64,000 bases of DNA from an uncultured Actinomycetes bacterium (GCA_963823255.1 CAWGKU010000002.1:52907-116906), one strand, 5' to 3'; counted from the first letter of the stretch, positions 29,612-43,364 are shown. Numbers and translations: made by a program. The notes: a model not told the origin generated them from the letters alone.

Positions 29612-30700
29612 CTACCTCCGGGACGGGCTCACCAGGACCCGTTGGAGGATCTCGAACTCCTCGAGGCACTTGCCGGATCCGATCGCCACCGAGGAGAGCG
29701 GGTTGTCGGCGATGTGGATCGGCATGCCGGTCTCGTGGCGGAGGCGCTTGTCGAGCCCGCGCAGCAGGGCGCCACCGCCGGTGAGCGTGATGCCCCGATG
29801 CATGATGTCGCCGGCGAGCTCCGGGGGTGTCCGGTCGAGGGTCGCCTTGATCGAGTCGATGATCGCGCTGACCGGCTCCTCGATCGCGGCGCGGATCTCG
29901 CCGTCGGTGATCTGGAGGGTCTTGGGGAGCCCCGAGACGAGGTCGCGGCCGGGGATCTCGGCCACGAGCTCCTCCTGCATCGGGTAGACGGCCGCGATCG
30001 CGAGCTTGATCGCCTCCGCCGTCCGCTCGCCGAGCAGCAGCGAGTACTCCTTCTTCACATGGTTGATGATCGCCTCGTCCAGTTCGTCCCCGCCGATGCG
30101 GAGCGACGACGACGTGACGATCCCGCCGAGCGAGATCACGGCGACCTCGGTCGTGCCGCCGCCGATGTCCACGACCATGTTGCCCGCCGGCTCGTGGATC
30201 GGCAGCCCGGCGCCGATGGCCGCGGCCATCGGCTCCTCGATGATGTACGCGCGACGAGCGCCCGCGGCGATCGTCGCCTCCTCCACGGCGCGTTGCTCGA
30301 CACCCGTGATGCCGGAGGGCACGCAGACGACGACGCGAGGCTTGGCCAGCAGCCGGCGCTTGTGCACCCGCTGGATGAAGTACCGGAGCATCTTCTCGGT
30401 GATGTCGAAGTCGGCGATCACGCCGTCCTTCAGCGGGCGCACGGCCTGGATGTGCGACGGCGTCCGGCCGATCATCCGCTTGGCCTCGTTGCCCACGGCC
30501 AGGACGGCCCCGGACATCGTGTTGATCGCGACCACGGAGGGCTCGTTCAGGACGATGCCCGCGTGCCGAACGTAGACGAGCGTGTTCGCGGTCCCAAGGT
30601 CGACTGCCATGTCCTGACCCAGGAACCCGAGTACCCCTTCACCGCCCGCGCTTCGACGGCCCTGGGATGCGGGAAGTTCGCGACGAACCTTCTCGGCCAT
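29612..30700 (-). CDS. mreB: Actin-like rod shape protein MreB
   Basis: [12 protein letters not shown] and [16 protein letters not shown] motifs. The true start may lie downstream of 30700. Confidence 0.9.
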   Translation of the reverse strand: MAEKVRRELPASQGRRSAGGEGVLGFLGQDMAVDLGTANTLVYVRHAGIVLNEPSVVAINTMSGAVLAVGNEAKRMIGRTPSHIQAVRPLKDGVIADFDITEKMLRYFIQRVHKRRLLAKPRVVVCVPSGITGVEQRAVEEATIAAGARRAYIIEEPMAAAIGAGLPIHEPAGNMVVDIGGGTTEVAVISLGGIVTSSSLRIGGDELDEAIINHVKKEYSLLLGERTAEAIKLAIAAVYPMQEELVAEIPGRDLVSGLPKTLQITDGEIRAAIEEPVSAIIDSIKATLDRTPPELAGDIMHRGITLTGGGALLRGLDKRLRHETGMPIHIADNPLSSVAIGSGKCLEEFEILQRVLVSPSRR

Positions 30701-30855
30701 AGGTTCGCGCTCTTTGTACAGGACCCCTATTTGGGTGGCAACTCTCGACCCGACGTGGAGGCAACCTTAGGGTTCACGCATGGTGTGACCTGCGCTTTCA
30801 CTCGCCCTCGACCCACCGGGTAGGGTTCGTCGAGCGTTGGTCGAGGGCGAGTGAG

Positions 30856-31773
30856 ATGCGTGCAGCGATCGTGTTCCCGGGTCAAGGTTCACAGTTCGTC
30901 GGTATGGCGGACGTGTGGAACACCCACGACGCCGCACGAGCGGTGCTCGACGACGCAACGGCGGCCATCGGACGCGATGTCGTCGCCGGCAGCCGCGACG
31001 CGGATGCGCTCGCGACCACCGAGTTCGTGCAGCCGGCGATCCTCGCGTGCGATGTCGCGGCGTTCCGCGTCCTGGATGCGCTCGGCGTCGCGTTCGTCGG
31101 CGCGGCGGGCCATTCGCTCGGCGAGTTCGCGGCCCTGGTGGCCGCGGGCGTCCTCGAGCTCGCGGACGCGCTGCGGATCGTGGCGGTGCGTGGCCGGGCG
31201 ATGCAGGCGGCGGGCGAGGCCCGGCCCGGAACGATGACCGCGCTGCTCGGCGTCGGGGCCGAGGCCGCGGCGGCGCTGTGCGACGACGCTCGCGGCGACG
31301 ACGTGCTGCTCGTCGCCAACGAGAACTCGCCGCAACAGGTGGTGATCAGCGGCAGCGTCGCCGCGGTCGAACGCGCCGAGACCCTCGCCGCCGAGCGCAA
31401 GATCCGGGCCGTGCGCCTGAACGTCGCGGGGGCGTTCCATTCCCCGCTGATGGAACCCGCGGTCGAACCGCTGTCGGCCGCGATCGCGGAGGCGGCGTTC
31501 TCGCCCCCGCGGTTCCCGATCGCCTCGAACGTCACGGGCACCCTCGTCACCGGCCCCGCCGAGCTCCGGGCCCTGGCCGAACGCCACGTCGTCTCACCGG
31601 TCCGCTGGGAGGCGAGCGTCGGCGCCCTCGCCGAGCTGGGGGTCGACACGTTCGTCGAGGCGGGACCCGGAGACGTGCTCACCAAGCTCGCGAAGCGAGC
31701 CGCGCCCGGGGCCCGGGCCGTCGCGGTGGGCTCGCCCGAGGCCGCGGCCGCGCTCGCCGAGGAAGGGACCTGA
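30856..31773 (+). CDS. fabD: Malonyl-CoA:ACP transacylase
   Basis: FPGQGSQ and GHSLGE motifs. Confidence 0.9.
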   Translation: MRAAIVFPGQGSQFVGMADVWNTHDAARAVLDDATAAIGRDVVAGSRDADALATTEFVQPAILACDVAAFRVLDALGVAFVGAAGHSLGEFAALVAAGVLELADALRIVAVRGRAMQAAGEARPGTMTALLGVGAEAAAALCDDARGDDVLLVANENSPQQVVISGSVAAVERAETLAAERKIRAVRLNVAGAFHSPLMEPAVEPLSAAIAEAAFSPPRFPIASNVTGTLVTGPAELRALAERHVVSPVRWEASVGALAELGVDTFVEAGPGDVLTKLAKRAAPGARAVAVGSPEAAAALAEEGT

Positions 31774-31879
31774 GCACGCACGGAGGCGGCGAGCCCCTGC
31801 GGCGCCGCGTCGAGCACCACCCGCGGGCGATATCCTCGGCCATCGACGCGGGCGGCGACCGTCGCCCCGAGGGGGGATC

Positions 31880-32884
31880 GTGAGCGCGCAGCGACACGCG
31901 GCCGTCGCCGGCCTGGGTTCGGTCCTGCCGGACCGCGTCGTGCCCAACGAGTGGTTCGAGGCGTTGATCCAGACCAGCGACGAGTGGATCCGGGAGCGCA
32001 CCGGGATCCGGGAACGGCGGTTCGCCGCCGACGGACAGACCACGTCCGACCTCGCCGTCGTGGCCGCGACGCGCGCGCTCGAGGCCGCGTCGATCGCGCC
32101 GGAGCAGGTGGACCTCCTCGTCTGCGCGACGCTCACCGGTGACACGCCGATCCCCTCCACCGCGGTGTGGGTCCAGCGCAAGCTCGGGATCGGGGCGCCC
32201 GCGTTCGACGTGAACGCGGCGTGCGCCGGGTTCTCCTACGCGATGTCGACCGCCACCGCCTTCATCGAGTCCGGGCAGGCCGAGACCGTGGTGGTGATGG
32301 GTGCCGAGGTCCTGTCCAGGGTGATGAACTTCCACGACCGCACGACCTGCGTGCTGTTCGGCGACGGCGCGGGCGCGGTGGTGCTGCGGCGTTCGGAGGA
32401 GCCGGGCGTGCTCGGTTCGGTCCTGGGGGCCGATGGGCGTGCCGCCGAGATCCTGATCATCCCGGGCGGCGGTTCCGCCGAGCCGGCGAGCCACGCCTCG
32501 GTGGACGCGAACGACCACGCCATCCAGATGCCGAACGGCCGCGAGGTCTTCAAGCGGGCCGTCGTCGAGATGTCGAACGCGTGTCGGCAGCTGCTCGAGA
32601 AGTCCGGGTTCGGCCCCGACGACGTGGACCTGCTGATCCCCCACCAGGCGAACGCCCGGATCATGATCGCGGTCGCGGAACGCCTCAAGATCCCGATCGA
32701 CCACGCGGTGGTCGACGTCGAATCCGTCGGCAACACGTCGGCGGCCTCGATCCCCGTCGCCCTCGATCGCGCGTGGCGCGCCGGCCGGGTCCGCGAGGGC
32801 GACCTGATCCTGCTGACGTCGTTCGGCGCCGGGCTCGCGTGGGGCGCGAACCTGATCCGCTGGACGGGACCGGCGGCCCCATGA
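31880..32884 (+). CDS. fabH: 3-oxoacyl-ACP synthase III
   Basis: AACAGF active-site cysteine and the C-terminal motif GFGAGLAWGA. Confidence 0.9.
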   Translation: MSAQRHAAVAGLGSVLPDRVVPNEWFEALIQTSDEWIRERTGIRERRFAADGQTTSDLAVVAATRALEAASIAPEQVDLLVCATLTGDTPIPSTAVWVQRKLGIGAPAFDVNAACAGFSYAMSTATAFIESGQAETVVVMGAEVLSRVMNFHDRTTCVLFGDGAGAVVLRRSEEPGVLGSVLGADGRAAEILIIPGGGSAEPASHASVDANDHAIQMPNGREVFKRAVVEMSNACRQLLEKSGFGPDDVDLLIPHQANARIMIAVAERLKIPIDHAVVDVESVGNTSAASIPVALDRAWRAGRVREGDLILLTSFGAGLAWGANLIRWTGPAAP

Positions 32885-33627
32885 GCGAGCAACCCCGCAA
32901 GGTCGCGGTCGTCACCGGGGGTTCGCGCGGGATCGGGCGTGCGTGCGCGGAGGCGCTCGCGCGGGACGGCTGGAGCGTGGCGATCGGGTACCGCTCGAGC
33001 GAGGCCGACGCGAAGGAGACGGTCGCGAGCCTCGAGGCGATCGGGACGCCCGGCCTCGCGGTCGCGATGGACGTCACGGAGGAGGGTTCGGTCACCGAGG
33101 CCTTCCGCCGGGTCGGCGACGAGCTCGGACCGGTCACCGGTCTGCTGAACAACGCCGGGATGTCGCGGGACGGGCTGGTCCTCAAGTACCCGATGGACGT
33201 CTACGAGCGGACGATGGCGACCAACCTGCGGGGCGCGTTCCTGTGCTCGCAGTCCGCGCTGCGGGGGATGCTCCGGGCCAAGTGGGGCCGGATCGTGAAC
33301 ATGTCCTCGGCCGTCGCGCTCCGCGGCAACGCGGGTCAGACCGTCTACGCGGCCACGAAGGCCGGTCTCGTCGGCCTCACCAGATCGCTCGCCCGCGAGG
33401 TCGGGGGCAAGGGCATCACGGTGAACGCGCTGTGCCCGGGCCTGCTCGACACGGACATGACCTCCCATCTGACCGAGCCGGCGCGCGCGTACTACCTGGA
33501 CCAGACGCCGGTGGGGCGGGCGGCGCACCTGGAGGAGGTCGCGAGCGTGGTGCGCTTCCTGATGTCCGTGGAGGCCTCCTACGTGAACGGCGTGGTGCTG
33601 CCCGTGGACGGCGGGCTGACCGCCTAG
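32881..33627 (+). CDS. fabG: 3-oxoacyl-ACP reductase (SDR)
   Basis: TGGSRGIGRA and NAG...YAATKAG motifs. Its ATG overlaps the fabH stop. Confidence 0.85.
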   Translation: MSEQPRKVAVVTGGSRGIGRACAEALARDGWSVAIGYRSSEADAKETVASLEAIGTPGLAVAMDVTEEGSVTEAFRRVGDELGPVTGLLNNAGMSRDGLVLKYPMDVYERTMATNLRGAFLCSQSALRGMLRAKWGRIVNMSSAVALRGNAGQTVYAATKAGLVGLTRSLAREVGGKGITVNALCPGLLDTDMTSHLTEPARAYYLDQTPVGRAAHLEEVASVVRFLMSVEASYVNGVVLPVDGGLTA

Positions 33628-33732
33628 TCGAAGGACGGCCGGCCCCCGTAGCATGGGCCGCCGAAGCGGCACTACGAGCAAGGCAGTCAAAGACCAAGAC
33701 GACGACACAGCCAAGGAGACACAGGAGGAAGG

Positions 33733-33981
33733 ATGGACAAGGCAGAGATCGAGTCTCGGGTCCGCAAGGTCCTCGCCGAGCAGCTGGCGGTCGACGAGGC
33801 TCAGGTCGTCCCCGACGCCCGCTTCGCCGAGGATCTGAACGCCGATTCACTCGACCTCGTCGAGGCGGTGCTCGCCCTCGAGGAGGAGTGGAACATCGAC
33901 ATCCCCGAGGAAGAGATGGAGGGCGTCAAGACCGTCGGACAGGCCGTCGCCCTGGTCGAGCAGAAGCTCGGATCGTCCTGA
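33733..33981 (+). CDS. acpP: Acyl carrier protein
   Basis: DLNADSLDLVE phosphopantetheine-attachment motif. Confidence 0.9.
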   Translation: MDKAEIESRVRKVLAEQLAVDEAQVVPDARFAEDLNADSLDLVEAVLALEEEWNIDIPEEEMEGVKTVGQAVALVEQKLGSS

Positions 33982-33986
33982 GCCCG

Positions 33987-35219
33987 ATGGGCGAGCGGGT
34001 CGTCGTCACCGGGATCGGACCGGTCACGCCGGTGGGCACCGGCGTCGACGATTTCTGGACCGGCATCACGTCCGGCAGGAACGGGATCGGGCTGATCACG
34101 GCCTTCGAGACCGACGATCTCCCCGTGAAGGTCGCCGGCGAGGTCCCGGGGTTCGATCCGGCGCCGTGGCTGGACCCCAAAGAGATCCGCCGGACCGATC
34201 GTTTCGTCCACTACGGGGTCTCCTCGGCGGCGCTCGCCTGGGACGACGCGGGCCAGCCCGAGGTCCCCTCCGAGCGCGCGGGCGTGATCTTCGCGACCGG
34301 CATCGGCGGCATCCAGACGCTGATCGCGCAGCACCTGGTGCTCCTCGAGAAGGGTCCGGGGCGCGTTTCCCCGTTCATGGTGCCCGCCCTGATGGCCAAC
34401 GCCGCGAGCGGCCACATCGCGATGCGGTTCGGCTTCACCGGCCCGAACCTGTGCACGGTCTCGGCCTGCTCCTCGTCGAACCACGCGATCGGCGAGGCGC
34501 TGCGATACATCCGCGACGGCTACATGGACCTGTGCGTCGCGGGCGGTTCGGAGGCGGCGACCCTGCCGCTGACGGTCGCCGCGTTCGCGCAGATGACGGC
34601 GCTCACGAAGAACCCCGACCCGGAGACCGCGTCGCGACCGTTCGACAAGGGACGGGACGGGTTCGTGCTCTCCGAGGGCGCCTGCACGCTGATCCTCGAG
34701 TCCGAGACGCACGCGAAGGCCCGGGGCGCCCGCGTCTACTGCGAGGTCGCGGGGTACGGCGCCTCCGACGACGCCTTCCACATCACGGCCCCCGATCCGA
34801 AGGGTTCGGGTGCGGCCCTCGCGATGGCCTGGGCCCTGCGCGACGCCGGCGAGGAGCCGGAGGCCGTCACGTACGTGAACGCGCACGGGACCTCGACCCC
34901 GTTGAACGACGCGGCGGAAACGGCCGCGATCAAGGCGACGCTCGGCGAGGACGTCGCCCACCGGATCGCGGTCTCCTCGACGAAATCGATGACCGGTCAC
35001 ATGCTCGGTGCGGCGGGTGCGGTGGAGGGCGCGGTGTGCGCGCTCGCGATCGCGAACGGCGTCGTGCCGCCGACGATCCACTACGAGACACCCGACGAGG
35101 ACTGCGACCTCGACTACGTGCCGAACGAGGCACGCGAGCTCGACGTCCGACTCGCGCTGTCGAACTCGTTCGGGTTCGGCGGCCACAACGCCGCGGTGGC
35201 GTTCCGCAAGGCCTCGTAG
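33987..35219 (+). CDS. fabF: 3-oxoacyl-ACP synthase II
   Basis: KAS II Cys-His-His fold. Confidence 0.9.
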   Translation: MGERVVVTGIGPVTPVGTGVDDFWTGITSGRNGIGLITAFETDDLPVKVAGEVPGFDPAPWLDPKEIRRTDRFVHYGVSSAALAWDDAGQPEVPSERAGVIFATGIGGIQTLIAQHLVLLEKGPGRVSPFMVPALMANAASGHIAMRFGFTGPNLCTVSACSSSNHAIGEALRYIRDGYMDLCVAGGSEAATLPLTVAAFAQMTALTKNPDPETASRPFDKGRDGFVLSEGACTLILESETHAKARGARVYCEVAGYGASDDAFHITAPDPKGSGAALAMAWALRDAGEEPEAVTYVNAHGTSTPLNDAAETAAIKATLGEDVAHRIAVSSTKSMTGHMLGAAGAVEGAVCALAIANGVVPPTIHYETPDEDCDLDYVPNEARELDVRLALSNSFGFGGHNAAVAFRKAS

Positions 35220-35240
35220 CTCCCGAGGCCGGCTCCGCCG

Positions 35241-35645
35241 TCAGCCGAAGAACAGCTTGAGCTCGCGCTCGGCCGACTCGGGCGAGTCGCTGCCGTGCAC
35301 GAGGTTCTCGGTGATCACGAGGCCGAAATCGCCGCGGATCGTGCCGGGCGGCGCCGTGGCGGGATCAGTGGGTCCCATCATCGTCCGCCAGACATCGATC
35401 GCACCTTCACCCTCCAGCCGCACGACCACGACGGGTCCCGAGGTGATGAAGTCGACGAGCTCCCCGAAGAAGGGCTTGTCGCGGTGCTCACCGTAGTGCT
35501 CCTCTGCGAGCGGACGATCGATCGTCAGCGAGCGGATCTCGGCCACGCGCAGGCCCTTGTCCTCGGCGCGCCGCAGCACCTCGCCGACCAGCCCGCGACG
35601 GACTCCGTCCGGCTTCACGATGAGCAGCGTCGATTCCTCAGCCAT
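35241..35645 (-). CDS. ndk: Nucleoside diphosphate kinase
   Basis: [17 protein letters not shown] and NLVHGSDS motifs. Confidence 0.9.
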   Translation of the reverse strand: MAEESTLLIVKPDGVRRGLVGEVLRRAEDKGLRVAEIRSLTIDRPLAEEHYGEHRDKPFFGELVDFITSGPVVVVRLEGEGAIDVWRTMMGPTDPATAPPGTIRGDFGLVITENLVHGSDSPESAERELKLFFG

Positions 35646-35647
35646 CT

Positions 35648-36934
35648 TCAGGAGTCTCCTAGCAGTGCTCGACGAGCGTCCGCGACAGTGTACAGAGAGC
35701 CCGTCACCAGGATGAGGTCGCCGGCATCGGAGGCGCTCGCGGCCGCGTCGAGCGCGTCGCGCACGGTGGCGAAAGCCTCGGTGGCGATGCCGTGGGCAGT
35801 CATCGCGTGGGCCACCTCCCCCGACGGTCGCGCCCGAACGCTGTCGACCGCGGCCGCGTACCCCGTGTCCGCGAGCGGGGCGAGCGGAGCCACGACGCTC
35901 TCGAGGTCCTTGTCGGCGAACACCCCGAGGATCAGGTGCAGACGGTCCCACGTGAAGAAGTCGGGCAACGACTCGGCCAGCGCCCGAGCCGCCGCCGGGT
36001 TGTGCGCGCCGTCCAGGATCACCAGCGGCCGATGCGCCGCGACCTCCAGGCGCCCGGGCGACGTCGCCGCGCCGAGCGCCAGCCGGACGGCGTCCGGGTC
36101 GAGGGCGCGTTCCAGCAGCGCCTCCACCGCGACGACCGCGGCCGCCGCGCTGTGCGCGGCATGCTCCCCGTAGATCGGCAGCAGGATGTCGTCGTACGTC
36201 GCGTGGAGCCCCCGGATCGCGAGGGCCTGGCCCCCGACGGCCGTCGTCAGATCGTCGATCCCCCAGTCGCGCCCCTCGAGCAGCGGCGTGGCGATCTCCT
36301 CCTCGCATCGCCGCTCGATGACCTCGAGCGCCTCGTCCGTCTGCTCGCGCACGACGGCGACCTTGCCCTGCTTGATGATGCCGGCCTTCTCGGCCGCCAC
36401 CTCCGCGATCGTCGAGCCGAGCTCCGGATGATCGAGCCCGATCGGACAGATCACCGCCACGTCGCCGGAGACGAGGTTGGTCGCGTCCCACGTCCCGCCC
36501 ATCCCGACCTCGACCACGGCGAGCGCCACAGGGGCGTCCGCGAAAGAGAGGAAGGCGAGCGCCGTGAGCGCCTCGAAGTACGTGACGGGCCCGACCTGCT
36601 CGTCGACGGTCCGCAGGTAGACGAGCAGGTGCTCGAACTCCTCACCGAACGCCTCCTCCGCCATCGGCTCCCCACAGATCTCGAACCGCTCGGTCACCGA
36701 CTCCAGGTGGGGCGAGGTGAACAGGCCGGTCGTGAGGCCATGGGCGCACGCGACCCCGGCGGCGAGGCGCGCGCTGGTCGTCTTGCCGTTCGTCCCGGTC
36801 ACGTGGATCGTCGGGTACGTCAGCTGGGGATCGGCCAGCAGGGTGGCGAGCGCGCGGATCCGGTCCAGGTCGGGCTCGGGCATGTGCTCGGGCTGGCGAC
36901 GCTCGAGTTCGGCCATCGCGTCGGCGAACCGCAC
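35648..36934 (-). CDS. folC: Dihydrofolate synthase/folylpolyglutamate synthase
   Basis: Mur-ligase P-loop [10 protein letters not shown]. Confidence 0.85.
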   Translation of the reverse strand: MRFADAMAELERRQPEHMPEPDLDRIRALATLLADPQLTYPTIHVTGTNGKTTSARLAAGVACAHGLTTGLFTSPHLESVTERFEICGEPMAEEAFGEEFEHLLVYLRTVDEQVGPVTYFEALTALAFLSFADAPVALAVVEVGMGGTWDATNLVSGDVAVICPIGLDHPELGSTIAEVAAEKAGIIKQGKVAVVREQTDEALEVIERRCEEEIATPLLEGRDWGIDDLTTAVGGQALAIRGLHATYDDILLPIYGEHAAHSAAAAVVAVEALLERALDPDAVRLALGAATSPGRLEVAAHRPLVILDGAHNPAAARALAESLPDFFTWDRLHLILGVFADKDLESVVAPLAPLADTGYAAAVDSVRARPSGEVAHAMTAHGIATEAFATVRDALDAAASASDAGDLILVTGSLYTVADARRALLGDS

Positions 36935-36936
36935 GG

Positions 36937-39507
36937 CTACTCCTCGGGCGCCAGCTCGACCTCGACCGAGGGTTCGGTCGCATCCACGTACTCGACCGAA
37001 CGCACCTTGCCGGCCTCGGCGACGTCACGCTCGACGCCGCGCAGGATCTTCAGGCGTTCGGGCGTGTCCCGGACGACGAGGCGTTCGACGTCGGTGCGCA
37101 GCGACCGCTTGGCGAGCGCCTTGGCCTTGCGGACCTCGCCGAGCGCCCACGCGGCCACCTCGTAGACGACCGGCTCGCCGCCGACCGGGAACGCCTCGGT
37201 CGAGGGCCAGCTCGCGCGGTGGATCGAGCCCTGCTTCCACCACGACCACACCTCCTCGGTGGCGTACGGCAGGAACGGCGCGAACAGGCGGAGCAGGACG
37301 TCGAGCGCGAACCGCAGCGATGCGATCGCGGACCCGGCCGCCTCGGGTCCGTTGCCGCCGTACGCGCGACCCTTCACGAGCTCGAGGTAGTCGTCGGTGA
37401 ACCCCCAGAAGAAGCGCTCGACGATCTCGAGGGCGCGGGCGTGCTCGTAGCCCTCGAGCGCGGCCGTCGCCCGGTCCACGACGTCGGCGAGCCCCACGAG
37501 CATCGAACGGTCGAGCGGGTCGTCGATCTGGGCCTCCTCGCCCTCGAGCAGCAGGGCGAACCGCGAGGCGTTGAGGATCTTGATCGCGAGGCGGCGCCCG
37601 ATCTTGATCTGCTGCTCGTCGAACGCCGCGTCGATCCCCAGCCGCGCGCTCGCCGCCCAGTAACGCACCGCGTCCGCGCCGTGCTGCTCGAGGTGCGCGA
37701 TCGGGGTCACGACGTTGCCCTTGGACTTCGACATCTTCTTGCGCTCGGGGTCCAGGACGAACCCGCTGATCGCCGCGTCGGTCCACGGGAGCTCCCCGAA
37801 CTCCAGATGCGACTTCAGGACGGTGTAGAACAGCCAGGTCCGGATGATCTCGTGGGCCTGGGGCCGCAGGTCCATCGGGAACACGCGCGAGAACAGGTCC
37901 GGGTCCTCCTCCCACTTCCCGGCGATCTGCGGGGTGAGCGAGGACGTCGCCCACGTGTCCATGATGTCCGGGTCACCCACGAAGCCGCCGGGCCTCCCTC
38001 GCTGCTCCTGCGAGAACCCCTCGGGCGCGTCCGAGGACGGATCGACCGGCAGCCGATCCTCGCTCGCCACCAGGGGATGCTCGTGATCGGGCTTGCCCTC
38101 CTCGTCGAGCCGGTACCAAACCGGGAACGGGACGCCGAAGAACCGTTGACGGCTGACGCACCAGTCGCCGTTCAGACCCTCCACCCACGACGCGTAGCGA
38201 GCGCCCATGTACTCGGGGTGCCAGCGGAGCTGCCGCCCGCGTTCGAGCAGCTCCCCTCGGAACTCGATCGTCTTCACGAACCACTGCCGGCTGGACACGA
38301 TCTCGAGCGGTCGTTCCCCGCGCTCGTAGAACTTGACGGCATGGCGGATGGGCGTGGGTTCGCCGACCAGATCGCCGGATGTGCGGAGGAGCTCGGTGAT
38401 CGTGGCCCGTGCCTTCTTCGACGGCAGGCCCACGAGCGCGCCCTGCGCCGCCGCGGCGCCGGCCACGTCGCGCGACTCCCAGCCGGGTTCGCCCCACCGC
38501 GACGGCGAGACGGCCCCGTCGCGCCCGATCACCACGCGCGCGGGCAGGCGGAGCTCGCGCCACCAGGTGACGTCGGTGATGTCGCCGAACGTGCAGATCA
38601 TCGCGACCCCGGTCCCCTTCTCGGGGTCGGCGAGCTGGTGCGCGACGATCGGGACCTCCGCGCCGAACAGCGGGGTCACCACCGTCGTCCCGACGTCCGA
38701 CCGGTACCGGTCGTCGGTGGGGTTCACGACCAGGGCGACGCACGCCGGGATCAGCTCGGGGCGCGAGGTTTCGATCTCCACCCAGCCCTCGCCGTCGGCC
38801 CGCGCGAACCGGATGCGGTGGTACGCGCCGTCGATCTCGCGATCCTCGATCTCGGCCTGCGCCACCGCGGTCTGGTAGTCGATGTCCCACATCGTCGGCG
38901 CCTCGACGTGGTACGCGAGGTCCCGCGCCAGCAGCCGCACGAACGCGCGCTGCGAGGCCCGGCGCGAACGCTCGTCGATCGTGGTGTAGGTCTGCGTCCA
39001 GTCGACCGAGAGCCCCGTGCGGCGGAACACGTCCTCGAACGCGCGCTCGTCCTCGGCGGTGAGCCGTTCGCACAGCTCGATGAAGTTCGGGCGCGAGACC
39101 GCGACCAGCTCGCCCGGTTTGCGCTCGAGCGCGTCGACGTCGAAGCGCGGGTCGTACGGCAACGAGGGGTCGCAGCGGACGCCGAAGAAGTTCTCCACGC
39201 GGCGCTCGGTCGGCAACCCGTTGTCGTCCCACCCCATCGGGTAGAAGACCGTCTTGCCGCGCATGCGCTGGAAGCGTGCGATCAGGTCGGTGTGCGTGTA
39301 CGAGAACACGTGCCCGATGTGCAGGTTCCCGCTCGCCGTGGGCGGCGGGGTGTCGATCGCGAACACCGCCTCCCGCGGCTGCGAGCGGTCGAACCGGTAG
39401 GTGCGGTCGGCCTCCCACCGTTGGTCCCACTTCGGCTCGAGCCCGTCGATCGTGGGCTTCTCAGGCACGTTCATGCGCGGGAGTCTAAGCGATGCCCGAC
39501 GGCGCAC
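36937..39507 (-). CDS. valS: Valyl-tRNA synthetase
   Basis: [10 protein letters not shown] and KMSKSKGN motifs. Confidence 0.9.
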   Translation of the reverse strand: MRRRASLRLPRMNVPEKPTIDGLEPKWDQRWEADRTYRFDRSQPREAVFAIDTPPPTASGNLHIGHVFSYTHTDLIARFQRMRGKTVFYPMGWDDNGLPTERRVENFFGVRCDPSLPYDPRFDVDALERKPGELVAVSRPNFIELCERLTAEDERAFEDVFRRTGLSVDWTQTYTTIDERSRRASQRAFVRLLARDLAYHVEAPTMWDIDYQTAVAQAEIEDREIDGAYHRIRFARADGEGWVEIETSRPELIPACVALVVNPTDDRYRSDVGTTVVTPLFGAEVPIVAHQLADPEKGTGVAMICTFGDITDVTWWRELRLPARVVIGRDGAVSPSRWGEPGWESRDVAGAAAAQGALVGLPSKKARATITELLRTSGDLVGEPTPIRHAVKFYERGERPLEIVSSRQWFVKTIEFRGELLERGRQLRWHPEYMGARYASWVEGLNGDWCVSRQRFFGVPFPVWYRLDEEGKPDHEHPLVASEDRLPVDPSSDAPEGFSQEQRGRPGGFVGDPDIMDTWATSSLTPQIAGKWEEDPDLFSRVFPMDLRPQAHEIIRTWLFYTVLKSHLEFGELPWTDAAISGFVLDPERKKMSKSKGNVVTPIAHLEQHGADAVRYWAASARLGIDAAFDEQQIKIGRRLAIKILNASRFALLLEGEEAQIDDPLDRSMLVGLADVVDRATAALEGYEHARALEIVERFFWGFTDDYLELVKGRAYGGNGPEAAGSAIASLRFALDVLLRLFAPFLPYATEEVWSWWKQGSIHRASWPSTEAFPVGGEPVVYEVAAWALGEVRKAKALAKRSLRTDVERLVVRDTPERLKILRGVERDVAEAGKVRSVEYVDATEPSVEVELAPEE

Positions 39508-39549
39508 CGGAGCGCGCGGTCCTGGGTTTCCTCAGGGGTGGGCTGCGGG

Positions 39550-39995
39550 TCAGCCCTGCATGAACTGCAGGACCGGCGTCCCGTCGGTGTCGTTCATCGA
39601 CATCGAGCGGCCGCTCACCTCGAACGAACCGATCTCCGCGAGGAGCTGGAGGTAGCGGTCCTCGGTGCTCTGCTCATCCTCGGGACAGATCTTCTTCGTC
39701 GCGGCGATGGGACCGAAGGAGATCTCGCTCCCGGTGGCCTCGTACGAAGCGTGATACGCGTTGCAGCCGGAGTTGCCGCTGATCGTCGAGCCGTCGAACT
39801 CCGCGCTCACACCCGTCTGGACGATCTCGGTCTGGCCACCGGCGGTCAGCATCTGCGTCAGGATCCACGACTCGCCCTCGAGCGCGGCCGGGTCCTGGGT
39901 GCCGCCGTCCGAACCCGACCCGCCGTCATCGCCGCCGCACGCGGCGAACGCGAAGGCGAGCAGCACGAGCGGGAGGAGCGCGAACCGGCGCAGCT

Positions 39996-39999
<4 letters not shown>
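39550..39999 (-). CDS. META/HslJ-like (DUF306) lipoprotein
   Basis: Lipobox AFAACGG. Its GTG at 39999 overlaps the clpX stop (GTGA). Confidence 0.6.
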
Positions 40000-41261
<1,262 letters not shown>

Positions 41262-41320
41262 GCCCTCTGAGCCCCCTGAGCCGAGCGGCCGAGCGAGTCC
41301 CGGCCGTCGAGGTCGAAATC

Positions 41321-41951
41321 CTACGACGAGCCGGCGGCCGCCGCTGCGAGTTCGGGTTTGATCTTTCGGCTGGTGATGACCTCGTCCACGACTCCGTAGG
41401 CGACAGCCTCGTCGGCCGTGAGGATGAAGTCGCGATCGGTGTCCTTCGAGACCTTCTCGAGCGGCTGCCCGGTGTGCTCGGCGATGAGCTCCTCGAGCAG
41501 CTTGCGGTACCGGGTGATCTCCTTGGCCTGGATCTCGATGTCGACCGCCTGGCCCTGCGCGCCGCCGTGCGGCTGGTGCAGGAGGATCCGCGAGTGCGGG
41601 CAGCGCGTAGCGCTTGCCCTTGGTCCCCGCGAGCACGAGCACCGCGGCCGCCGAGGCCGCCTGCCCCATGCAGATCGTCGAGACGTCCGGCTTGATGTAC
41701 TGCATCGTGTCGTAGATCGCGAACAGCGACGTGATGTCCCCGCCCGGCGAGTTGATGTACAGGTTGATGTCCTTGTCGGGATCCTCGGACTCCAGGTGCA
41801 GGAGCTGCGCCATGATGAGGTTGCCGACGGCGTCGTCGATCGGCGTCCCGAGGAACACGATCCGCTCCTTGAGCAGGCGCGAGTAGATGTCGAACGAGCG
41901 CTCGCCGCGGCTGGTCTGCTCGACGACGACGGGAACGAGGTAGTTCTTCAT
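41321..41951 (-). CDS. clpP: ATP-dependent Clp protease proteolytic subunit ClpP; single-base frameshift near 41612
   Basis: N-terminus [21 protein letters not shown]...[13 protein letters not shown] in one frame. The C-terminus [27 protein letters not shown] is recovered after a 1-nt shift. Confidence 0.85.
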
Positions 41952-42092
41952 GACGTCTCCTCTGCTGATCCGTCCGCGGCCGCGGCCTCTTCGGAAGACC
42001 CTTCCGACTGCTGCGTGGGCTCCTCGGCGCCGGGGTCCGGACTGATGTCCGCGTGCTCGACGAGGAAGTCGAGCGCCTTCGAGCGGATGATA

Positions 42093-43327
42093 TCACCGGC
42101 AAGTGCTACGACTTGACCGCTCCGGTCCAGACTCTTGGCGAGATCTTTCGGCTCGCGTCCGAGGGCCGGCGGCGAGGCCGCCGATCTCGCGACCGATCTC
42201 CTCGGCCGTGACCTCGATCCCCTCCTGGCGCGCGACCGCCTCGAGCACCAGGTCGGCCTTGATCGCCCGGATCGCGTGGTCGCGCGCGTCGGCGCGGAAC
42301 CGCAGCTCGTCGAACCCCTGCGCCTCGAGCAACTGGTCCAGCGTCATCCCCGCCTGCTCGGCGCGCTCCTGCGCGTGCACGATCCGGTGCTGCACTCTCT
42401 TCGTCGACGAGCGAGTCGGGCAGGTCGACGTCCACCGTGTCGATCATCGCCTGAAGCACACGGTCGCGAACATCTGCGTCGACCGATCGCTCCCGGTTCT
42501 GGCGCAGTTGCTCGCGCAGCTCGGCCTTGAGCTCCTCCAGCGTGTCGAACTCCGAGGCCACCTTGGCGAACTCGTCGTCGGCTTCGGGCAGCTTCTTGCC
42601 CTTGACCTCCTTGACCAGCACACGGAACGACACCTCCTGGCCCGCGCGTTCGCCCGCGCCGGGGCCGAGGGTGTCGTTGAACTCGAGGATCTCGCCGGCG
42701 CGCTTGCCGGCGAGCTCGGCGTCCAGCTTGTCCCCGAACTCGCCCGAGCCGACCGCGTAGAGATGGTCGGGACGGGTGGCCTCGGGGATCTCCTCGCCGT
42801 GCACGGCCGCGTGCAGGTCGACGACCACGTAGTCGCCCTCCCGCGCGGTGCGCGAGACGGTCTCGAGCTCGGCGAACCGCTCGCGCAGCGAGTCCAGGTA
42901 GCGGTCGACGTCCTCGTCGGAGATCTCCACCGCCGGCCGCTCGACCTTCACGCCGCGGTAGTCCGACTCGTCGAGCTTGAGCCTCGGCCGCACCTCGACG
43001 ACCGCCGTGAACACGAGCGCCTTGCCTTCCTCGACGTCGCCGAGCTCGATGTCGGGTTCGGTGATCGGCGCGAGGTCGTGTTCCCGCAGGGCTTCCCGGT
43101 AGTAGGTCGGGACGGACTCCTCGATGAACTCCGCCGAGCACCGCCTCGTGACCGAACTGCGCGTCGATGACCTGCTTGGGGACCTTGCCCTTGCGGAACC
43201 CGGGGATCTTGACCTGTTGCGCGATCTTCCGGTACGCGCGTTCGAGGTCCTTGTCCACCTCGTCCGGCGGGATCTCGACGGTGAGCTTGACGGTGTGCTT
43301 GTCGGTCTCTTCGAGGGTCGTCTGCAT
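42093..43327 (-). CDS. tig: Trigger factor; two frameshifts (near 43150 and 42400)
   Basis: N-terminal, PPIase and C-terminal segments are found in three consecutive frames (ORFs 42344..43594, 42106..43419 and 42093..42395). ATG at 43327 (MQTTLEETDKHTVKL). Confidence 0.85.
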
Positions 43328-43364
43328 GGGCTCCCGAGCGTAACGGAAAGGAGCATCCGGTATC

